This document shows, one piece after another, positions 40,093 to 50,600 of a stretch of 64,000 bases of DNA. The position numbers were made by a program, and so were the translations under genes. The notes below the pieces were generated by a model, which saw nothing but the letters and a program-made list of their open reading frames with translations, was not told the DNA's origin and made no database searches. Source of the DNA: Azolla caroliniana (taxonomy: Eukaryota > Plantae > Polypodiophyta); contig JBHGNT010000003.1 of assembly GCA_043228905.1 (NCBI GenBank), forward strand, positions 5,890,001 to 5,954,000, written 5' to 3'. Position 1 is the first letter of the stretch, and each line of letters begins with the position of its first letter.

Positions 40093-41509
40093 ATGGATAT
40101 GGATCATCAGCCCATCAATGAAAATGATTGGGTGTCTAAATGGTGATTGCTCCCCATACATGACCTACCGTGCAAAGCACTAGGAACACTTGGTAATATC
40201 CCACCCCCTTCCATGTTCATGAATGTCGTAACATGGAACATGCAAGGGCTCATTTTTGCATGTTGATCATCTGAGGGCAAGGTTGGAATATCATGAATGT
40301 GTAGCTCTGAATAACAAAACAAATAGGGCAACATTCAATGTATTCGCCAACAAGTAGCGGGTGAGGAGGAATGATGCATAGGAGGGGATTTCAATATGAT
40401 TGAATCCCTTCATGATAACGCCAACAACAACCCCATAGTTCTCCAAGGAGGGGAACGTAAACAATGGGAGAAGTTATGTGTCCACCTTAACTTACGTGAT
40501 ATTTGGCATTCAACCAATTTCCAACACAAAAGTGATTCTCTTTGATTCTCTCTATCAGATGCGGGGAATAGTGGACCCATCCTCGCTCGCATCGACCACA
40601 TCTATGTGGGGGAGGCACTAAAAGCGAAGGGACGCTGACCACTCCCCGATAATCGGCCATTTTCAAATGTGACGAAAGTGGGGTTCGTTTCAACCTTGAA
40701 TCCCTCACACTATTGCACCATTATAGAGATGAAGGAACAATTCACCAACCAATGGTCACTGCCCATTAGTGCCTCATCATCACCCAAGAAATTGCTATCT
40801 AAACTAATAAAAGATTCAAATTTATTACACGAGATCATCAAGACCAAAAGCAGGGACACTTAGGAAAAGAGACAAAGGGCCATGTAGGGACTAATGGCCC
40901 TACAATGACTCCAATAAAGATACCCATCATGCAGTTGGATAGGGGGACAGGTTGCCACGGCCAAACACGAACTCCTTATGAGTCATGACAAGAAAGACAA
41001 TCTATGACATGACGCTTCATGGAATCATGGCTCGATGGATTCAGGTAGGGTTCAAAAGTACAAACGGATTCTTCCGATCCAAAGGAGCGAGCCATGTTGA
41101 AACAATGACGCGCAACCTCAACCGAGAGGAGGCTCGACCAATGAGGATGGAGAAGCAATGAGAAATATAGCCACAACTTACTATAAAGTCACGACTGAAA
41201 TGAACACATGGCTTGCTCGTCCCCTATTGATCATTGAATATATGGGAGGGACTCTTTGAGTTGGATGTAGATAGTTGCCCCAAAATTGATGGCCTAACTC
41301 CTCACTCCCCTATATTCGGTAGGGAAATGCTAGATCAGATCCAAGTCCATGAGTAGTGCGACAATGAGGAACCAACAACAATGAGCATGGCAATTTGAGT
41401 GTTTGTGTATACAGGTCGTAAGTGGATTGTAGACACTGATCTGATCAAAGTACAGTCGGAATGGCACATATGTGCTCATGAAAACATGTGGTTGTGTAAG
41501 GCCAGTTGA

Positions 41510-41711
41510 TGTCACGGGCATAACCAAAATTTATCCCGTGGTAAGTTCACACTTGTCCCTTATGGGTTGTCTCAATTCCTCGTATTAAAAGTCATCATCC
41601 CTTCCTTACACTCTCGATTAACCCTCACACTTTGAATCCTAGGAATTGAGACAACCCATAAGGGACAAGTGTGAACTTACCACAAGATAAATTTTGGTCA
41701 TGCCCATAACA
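41510..41711. mobile_element. 202-bp MITE-like element with 71-bp terminal inverted repeats and TG...CA ends, related to the LTR end at 14143
   Basis: Arms 41510-41580 and 41641-41711 (5 transition mismatches); flanks GTTGA / ATTAA (possible decayed 5-bp TSD); arm and spacer sequences match 13993-14143. Confidence 0.75.
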
Positions 41712-44700
41712 ATTAAGACTCTTTGCAATGGAAGTGACACGATCCTTATGCAGGTGAGGGAAGCAAAGTCATCCCTCTCTTCCAATTCATCATCAAATTG
41801 GGCCGCCACATCCTAGTTGCTCAAATTGACATCTGCAAAGATATGGGACACATATCATGTTCCCCATACAACTATTGCCAAGTTTTGGCAACAATTATGG
41901 AAACAACACCAAGCTAGGCGAATTACCACATTTCAATGATTATTAATACATGTATAGGTTACTGCGAGTTGGAGCTTGGCAACATGGGATCCGTAGCTAT
42001 CCTAATTGTGTAATGTGCCCCAATGCAATAGAATCAATTCGATGCACTCTGTGGGATTGCCCAAAGACCCATCAAATATGGCAGGGGGTTGGCGGACTAT
42101 TGCAATTATGCCAGGTGGAAGGCACATTCAAGTGGGAGAATGTATATTGGTTATCATGACAGACCCCAATTGACAACTACAAACATCATGGAGAGGGGAT
42201 GATGTTGGTGATAAAAGCACAAGAGATATTGTTTTCCACCACCGACAATATTCACTCAACTCCCATCAATGCCAAAGCTCAAGTCGTGTTGGAATTGGTC
42301 AACCCAATAACATTATGGACTCTATAGAAACAACGTTGTAGTCGAGTCTTATCCAATCAAACCATGCACCAGACAACGTTATTGCAAGACATATGGAGTG
42401 AAGTTATAGCCACAATAAAGAGCCAACACAATGGCATCACGGGCGGATTCGATGGAGCAAAAAGACAACGATTAGCCTTCATCCAACAATGGTCTTCCTC
42501 TCCCTTTCTTGAGTCAGTGGGCCTCCACATAAGATAGAACTATAGAGTCCCTTCTTGGATTTGTATATAACATTCTCAACTATGAAATTTTATAATTAAT
42601 GGAAGGAGTTTTGTTTTTGGAAATACAATAAAATAAAAAATTGACATTGCTTAGCATGATATGCATGAACTAAATATATCTTTGTAGGTTAGACATTTTT
42701 CTATATTCTCCCTTGCTTGAATACAATAAGTTCTAAATGTTTCTTGATGCAAGAAAAATCTTGTTTAGCTATTGCAAAGCATTGGTACAAGTGCATCGAA
42801 TATTTCCCCATATTATTTATAGGTATTGTTAATAAGAATTAGATATTTTTTAATATTGAATTATTGTTTCCAAGCCCTTGAAACGCAAAGCAATATAACA
42901 AACTAATTGTTTTCTAATATTTGGTTTGGCAAGTCGTATTTCTTTAGTACTCTTTGATTGCCCATAGAAATATAGATAATCAACGCACACCGGATATTCA
43001 ATTATAGTTATTGGTGTATTCAATCTTTTTAATTGTTATGTATAAATAATGGTTGGTGTTTCCAAGATACACCTTATTTCGTAGAGTTTCCAAATTCAAG
43101 TACTAGTACAATCGACATTTCTAAAAATATTGGTAAGGAATTTGTAAGAACTTTGCACTGTGGCCCATTCAAGACACAATTCTGTTTTCTATAGTTCAAA
43201 GCTTCATCATTTACTTTCAAGACTAATGACGGAGTTAATAAGCTTAGCCAAATGCTAATAAAGTGGCTTGAAAAAGCTCGAACTTCATACCTCCTCTTAC
43301 TTTTAAAAGAGCATGATGAATAATGTAGGTCACGATGAATAATGTAGCTCTCTCATTAATTGTTTTGTGACTGTCAAGTTTATTCATTGGTTTTCCCCTG
43401 GTCTTGGGATTTTGACATGAATGAAAGCATCAACCAAATTTTCTATCCTTCCACGAGCCCAATGAGTGATTTTATTTTTGTGGATATATATGTCCATTTA
43501 GCACAATAATTAAAGAAATACTATGAACACATTCCAAGTTATAGGAAAAGGAATAACTATTGGGTGATATTTAAAAACTACTCAAATTTTATTGTCACTA
43601 GCTTTGAGCTATACAATGAACATTTAACATATTCAATGAACACCTAAGTGTTAAAGGTTAAAATTTAAGTAACCAAGGAAGCTTGAAACTCAACACAATA
43701 GATTGCATTTTCTTTACTTCCTCTATAGAAATATGTGGTTGGTTGCAGATATTGTAGATGAAATATACCTCATTAGACTTTCTTATGGTGTTTATTAGAT
43801 TGGCCAACCATATGATCGAGATTTACGAGATGTCAACAATCGAAATCATATTGGGTAGGTTAACAAAGTACTGAGTGATAGTTAGAACCATGAGAGGCGG
43901 TCAACCATATGATCGAGATTCAAGAAATGTAATATGTGAAACACATAATCAAAGGGTAGAGAAGAGCCATATAGGTGCTCATGGTGGGTTACAAAACCTT
44001 TTGTTTTCTTAGGTTACGTTGTCTCAAGATGTGCAACACCAAGAGCAAGTCTATTGATCGATCAAGTTTTGCCGCCTGCCCCATATTGTGAGCTGATAGA
44101 TTCAGTCTACCATATACCCTATTGCTATATAACTTTCACAACCCTAACATCACTAACTTTCACTCACACTTTCTCATGTTAACTCTTAATTAAGAAACTA
44201 GTTAAGTCATAAGAAGAGTTTACAAAGTAATCATACATGCATATATATAAAGACACACAACATATGAATTAATGTCAAATTTGTCTCCACTAATATGAGA
44301 GTTCACAAAGCACATACAAGAGGAGTAATTAGGCTCTAATTAATTAGATCTTGACCATAATTACTCTATTGCTTAAGTAAAAGGTTAAGAAAATGAGAAG
44401 AGAAAACTCTAGCTTAGGTTATAAGAGGAGAAAAACTAGTCACAAAGGACTTTTTAAACTTTTTACAAGGAGTTTTGGCCTCTTTCACATTAGGTCAACC
44501 ATTTGGCCTAAATCTTCAAGGGGTGTTTTGTTCTATCCCCCCTTTTTCCTAGCTCAGTGTCTATGTCAATGCCAATGTCTTCATGAATCATGTTATGTAC
44601 GATGGGGACTTAACGTAGGCCTCCCACACATTCTTGTTGTTTGCTACCCCGTGAGAAATCCTAAGTTGACAAAGTCTAGGCACTTCACTCCCAAAATCTA

Positions 44701-45271
44701 TGAACCCAACAATGAGCTCCCTTGGTCATCTTATAGCATTGTGGAACTCCTTTATTCGATAAAAATATTGGTGTTTTTCAATTTGAACCATTAATATTGT
44801 GATTTTCTAATTTGTGATAAATTATATGTTGACAAAGTTTGGCCACTTCACTACCAAAATCTATGAACCTTAAGTATTACAACTAGCACTCTTTTTCATT
44901 TTGTAACATTTTGGAGCTTCTCTACTAGATAAAAATATGGGCTTTCTTTTAGTGTGCACTACCACTTTTTCTTTTTCCATGCACCCATTCTTATCCTTAC
45001 ATAGGCGCTTGATGCTAGAATATTTTGATTGTTGTCACTCAAAAATTATAATACATAGCATCACCCCAAGCAAGGTTCAAACCCTTCTTGACTTAACATT
45101 CAAGTGGTTAACCCTTATCATTTGAGCTAGGAGTACGTTCACATCAAACATGGCACGCTCTTGGGCATGGAGATGAAATCCATTCGAACCCATTGAATCA
45201 CAATATTGAGTCTACGGTTCGAGCCACCAAAAAATTTGATTCGACATGGTCATTAATTGGAAAAGAATACG

Positions 45272-47642
45272 TGTGCGGAAGCATATGCGTAAGAGCACAG
45301 AGTACACGGTTCGGTAGTACGACAGTTTGGTAAAACACAGAAATCACTGAGAGAGAGAGGGAGAGAGACAGAGAGAGCAGAAACACAAAACTATATTAAA
45401 AAAATTCTCTGTATGTTTCTCTGTACATATTTCGTGCTTAGTGAGCACCTTTTATACAAGCCCCGACTATTGGGCTGACACAAGTACTAACAATACTTAA
45501 CCGCTCATAAATGAGCCTTCTACACTAACTCCCAAAACTATTCCTTACGAGGAATAACGTTCTAACGGCCTCTCGGTTTAAACACCGCCACGACTATATT
45601 TTGCACACGGTTTTACGCACCTAGTCTACGTACTAGATTACGCACCCGTTTACGGCACCCAATGTTGAGCTTGTCTCTCAACACTCCCCCTCAAGCTCAA
45701 CTTGAGGTTCCATATGCTTTTCCGGATCTTCGCTCTGGCCTCTCATGGCTTCCCGCCTCGCTCGCGCTCCTCAACCCGTTCGATTCCGCGCGCTTCAATC
45801 CTTCTGGTCAGCTTGTCTGCTCATGCGGCCCTTCAGAACTCCCTTGCGGTCGCGGTGTTGGTGCCTCTTTCACTGCCCTTTCCTCCATTTGGCCCTCAAT
45901 AAATTCGTAATGTCTGAATCAATCATTTCAATTAAATCGGACACTTTCGATTCAATTCCACTTTCGCCCGAATTGGTTGTCTCCAATTCGTCTTCTATCT
46001 TTATGCCCTTGACAACATCAGACCACGTCTTGGTCTTGGCCTTTACACCCTTCTTGGCTATATTTCCCTTTTGTTCGGATGTCTTCGACTCTTCCTTGCG
46101 ATTACGACCCCTGTTCTCTTCCTCTTCGGCTTCTTCAGCCGACCCGAAATCAAATTCTTCATCCGATTCAGCATTGCGGTCACTACCGCTCCTTTCATGC
46201 TCCTGTTCCTGTTCCTGTCTCCCCCTCAAGGTCAGCGTGTCGAGGTGACGCAAACCCAACTCACCCGAGAAATGTCGTAACTTGTCGAGACCAAGGGGTT
46301 TGGTGAAAATGTCGGCTGTCATGACACAACGATGTCAAATATGTAGTTAGTGAGGATTGAACCTGCAACCTCACAACTACAAGATATCATGCTCAACCAT
46401 TTTTATATGAGCATGCATTTGTATAAAACTGTCACGGACACACCAAGCGCGGACTAGGATGGAGCACAGATGATGGGGCTATGAGCGACGGATGAACTTG
46501 GAGCTAGATGTGAGGAGGCTAGGAACTCTAGATGTTGCGAGCGACATGAGCGCATGAAGACAGAAATCAAGATCAAGGAGATAAAGATGAGGCGAAACGA
46601 GAATACTAGATTGATGTGTCAATGACTGGCGTTGAATCCCTTCAAGGGACCAAGGAGGTTACAAGTATCTATACATGTTTCGAGATTGAATATCTCTTGA
46701 ATATACTTGAGAAGTATCTCTAGAATATACTCGTCTAGAATATGTCTTACATATTTCTAGAATATACTACTGACTAGAATATTCTGATTCTGAAATGTAC
46801 TATATGTTAGACTATAGCATATTAAACCATTATACAAATGCATGCTCATATCAAAATGGTTGAGCATGATATCTTGTAGTTGTGAGGTTGCAGGTTCAAT
46901 GCTCACTAACTACGTATTTGACATCGTTGTGTCGTGACATCGGCAATCTGCCGACTCGTCGGAACATACGCCAGTTTGACTTCACCAGAAAGGACACGCT
47001 CGCAGACGAAATGATAATGCGCCTCAATGTGCTTGGTTCGGGCGTGGATCACATGGTTCTTCGCAAGGTGGATGCTGTTGAGGTTGTCGCTATAGATCAT
47101 CGTTGGATTGGACACCTCCACATGCAGATCCCGTAATAGCTGTTTTAGCTAGATGACTTCGCACGTAGCGACAGTCGCCCCTCGATATTCGGTCTCTGTG
47201 CTCGACAACACTATAGTCGGTTACTTCTTACTGCCCCACACGATCGCCGTACTTCCCAATGAGAATGAATATCCGGATGTGGATCTATGATCGTGGGCAT
47301 TTCCGACCCAATCGGCATCCGTGTAGCCAACCAACTATTCGACTACACCTGTTCGATACAACAACGCCATGTATTTTGTGCCGTTGACATACCGTAATAT
47401 TCTTTGCGTGCACTGAAGGTGTTCGGTCATGGGATGGGACATGAATTGACTAATCATTCCGACCGGATAACCGAGGTTTGGCCGAGTAATCGTCAAGTAG
47501 ATGAGGCTTCCGATAATCTGTCGAAACTGTCTCGGGTCGCACGCCTTTCCTGAATCTCGGCGAAGCTTTACGTTTCTATCTAGAGGGGTCGAGATGGGCT
47601 TACAATCTGCCATCCTGAACTTGAAGAGCATATTCAGCGCGT
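45272..47642 (-). mobile_element. 3' portion of a Copia element (RT C-terminus, RNase H, PPT, 3' LTR); 5' part missing
   Basis: IIGSLIYLTITRP, GYTDAD, IYSDNL..ARTKHIEAHYHFV, QIAD|IFTKPL motifs. PPT GAGGGGGAG at 45684-45692 abuts a TG...CA LTR end at 45683; far LTR end approximate. Confidence 0.8.
46317..46939. mobile_element. 623-bp element with 110-bp terminal inverted repeats, TG...CA ends and perfect 5-bp TSD; contains a complete LTR-like unit
   Basis: Arms 46317-46426 and 46830-46939 (4 mismatches); TSD TCGGC (46312-46316 / 46940-46944). Removing it restores host Copia codons CAG ATT GCC GAC ATT TTC ACC AAA (QIADIFTK). Internal LTR-type end TGTCACGGACAC at 46430. Confidence 0.9.
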
Positions 47643-50600
47643 TGTCGAGGTATTCCTCGCGGATGCGTGGAATGAGGCGGGGCCTCGGGGGTCTTGTACC
47701 GAAGAGCAAGAGACAAAGGAGAAGGGAAGGGACCCACTACGTGCGAGCGTAGATCCACAGGGACACGGCCCTTCGACACAAAGACGCGAGCGGGAAACCG
47801 ACACAGAGAGACACGAAGGTATGTATGTATATATTAACAGAGACGAACAACAAGAAGCACGAAGTCGGTTACAACCGAACAGGCCGGCGAACGGATGCTG
47901 ATGCCTGTTCGTAAATGCTCAGAAAGAAAGGAGTAGGTTGGAGGTGCTGCCGGAAGCACTCGGGCATTCCTCAGAGCAGAGCGAGCCTCCCCCGAAACCC
48001 TGCACAGAAAGAAGCTACGGAGTATGGAAGAGAGAGAAGCCTTCGGTCCACAACCCGACAGCACTTCGTCCTCTCTCCGCGCGATCCCTTCCTCTTCCCC
48101 GTCTCCCTTCTTTTATAGGCAAGAAAGGAGCCGTTTCCCATTAACTTCCTACCTACCGAATCTACCTACCTCGGATCTTCTATGTACCTAATTCTCTCTT
48201 ATGTGCTACATAAGACGCACGTGCATGAAGAGCCGGTTCCTACGCTCCGGTGCACCGATTCCGCTTGTGGACGGTTTTCTTCACGACATCCGCCCCCACC
48301 TAACCGCGCATCCACCGGCATGCGCCAAATTGAGTTGGGACGGAGAAAACCGGTCCAGCCTTCATTCCCTGCCCGTCGGTTCTTCCTCGGTTTCGAATTG
48401 TTCGTCGTCGTGGTCCAGGTTAACCGGATCCGGCTCGTCGTCGTGACGCTTCTTGAACGCTTTGATCCGCTTCCCATCTATTGGTATCGCCATTCTCGTG
48501 CCGTCGAGCTCCGCCAGATGGTACGTCCCATTGTCGTTGGCGCTTTGTACCACGTAAGGCTCGAACCACCTTCTTACGAACTTCCGTGTCGCTCGGTGCT
48601 GGTTGTCGAGGCTGCTGTCGTAGACTAGCACCCAGTCGCCTTCCTCGATCTTCTTCGGTCGGAGCCGGTGCGTTCGGTCGAACCGGGCTTTGTTCCTCGT
48701 CCTTGCTTCCCGAAGCTTTCCCGCAGCCTGCTCCACGTCCTCCGGTCTTCGCTCGAGCTGACGTATGCGCGCCGCCAACAATTCCTCCCGGCTCATCTCG
48801 TCTCTCCAGTCCACGGTTGCCCATGAGAAGATCGTACGTTCCATCGGCATGATCGGCTTCTGCCCAAACATGAGCTTTGCTGGCATGAATCCGGTTACCG
48901 AACTGTGCGTAGTTCGGTCAGCCCACAACGCGTAAGGCAGCAGCCGCGGCCAGTTCCCGACTTCACCTCCGCATGCCTGAACTAACGCCTTGACGATCGG
49001 TCCGTGTTCGCGCTCCACCTTCCCATTCGCCTCCGGATTGTACGCAGTGGTAAGCGAGAGCTTGACTCCTAGCCGGTCGAACAACTCCTCGGCCTCTTCG
49101 GCGTCCAACTCCCCGCGATCAGCCACGATCTTCCCGACGCACCCGTACCGGCATATCACGTCCTCGATCAGGAACCGACATACGGCCGCGGTCGTTTTGT
49201 TCTGAAGGGCTCGTCCTTCCACCTGGTTCGTCAGATCCTCCCGAGCCAGGACCAGATACCGCATCTGTCCTACTCCCATCGGCATCGTCACCAGATCTAC
49301 CATCCATTTGAAGTGGATGGTCGGAGGGTACGTAGGGTGAAGCTCGTCCCGATGTCGGACTATGGAGTGCATCTGACAGCTCTTGCAAGTTGTCACGAAC
49401 CGATGCATGTCCCGGTACAGTCCCGGCCACCAGTACTTCCCCTTTATCTTCTCGAACGTGGCCCACGTTCCACGGTGTCCAGCCCAAGGGCTGTCGTGGT
49501 AGGCCATCAGCAGCTCCTCCTGTTCTTCCTTCATCGCCACCACCCGGAGCGGGACTCCGTTTCCATAAGTATCTGTCCCGGAGAAAGAATCGGTATGCTT
49601 TCTTCCGGATCCGGTTGGCCTCGTCCCTCGTCCACGACGCATCCGGCGTCATTGTCCTCAAGAAACCACCGATCTGGAGCCACTCGCCGTCGTACTTGCT
49701 CTCGTCGAAGCCGTTAAGCGCCGGAGTGCTCATCCCATCGGTCGTCACGTACACTGCCTCGAAGAAGTCCACGCCGACTTCTTCGTCCTCCGAAACCATG
49801 CCGCCCTCGTCATCAAACTTCGCCCTCGAAAGCATGTCGGCCATGGCGTTGTCCTTTTCGGAAATGTGTCGTATTTCCGGGTCCAGGGACTTGATGTATG
49901 CTATCCACCTGAGCATCGCCAGGTCCGGTGTCGCGCATCCGGAAACCATGCCGAGAATTGGGAGGCAATCCGTCTCGATAATCACTTTTGTCTCGATCAG
50001 GTAGTCTTTGTCGGCCTTTACTGCTGAAACGATACCCCAGAGTTCGCGTTTAACCTGGGCATACCCTCGTTGTCGCTCGCTGAGGACCTTCGCGCCGAAT
50101 CGGACCGGGAACCGAATGCCGTCCTCGTCTTCTTGGTTGACGAACCATCTGATCCCGGTTGGACTCGTATCCACCGTTACGTATACCGGGGTACCCTTCT
50201 CGTAGACAGCCTTCCGGAGCGGCGGTGCTGCCGCAAGAGCTTCCTTCAGCTTCCGGACCGACTCCGTGTGCTCGTCTCGCCACTCGAATTTTCTCCCTTT
50301 CTTCAGCAACCCGTATATCGGCTCCGCAACGTGGGCGTAATGCGGGATCCATATGTGGTAGAATGTGCACGCCCCCAGGAACCTCCGAATTTCCGTAACC
50401 GAGCTACAATCGGTCTTCATCGCGGAGATGGCTTCTACCTTTGCCGGAGATGGCTTCCGGCCATATGGTCCACATAGGTGTCCGACCACCAGGATTTTTG
50501 ATTGCCCGAAGGCCGATTTCTCCCCGGAGAAGGTGAGCCTCGCACCCTCTAGCCTTTGTAGCACCCTTTCGCAGTTGTCGATATGTGTTGCCACGAATCG

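Larger units (their letters stand above)
37900..42640 (+). mobile_element. Decayed L1-type non-LTR retrotransposon (LINE) with later insertions
   Basis: Endonuclease motifs MNVVTWNMQGL (~40219), CIGGDFNMI (~40375), ARIDHIY (~40585); zf-RVT-like CVMCPNAIESIRCTLWDCPKTHQIW (~42007); A-rich 3' end ~42621-42640. 5' boundary uncertain. Confidence 0.7.
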
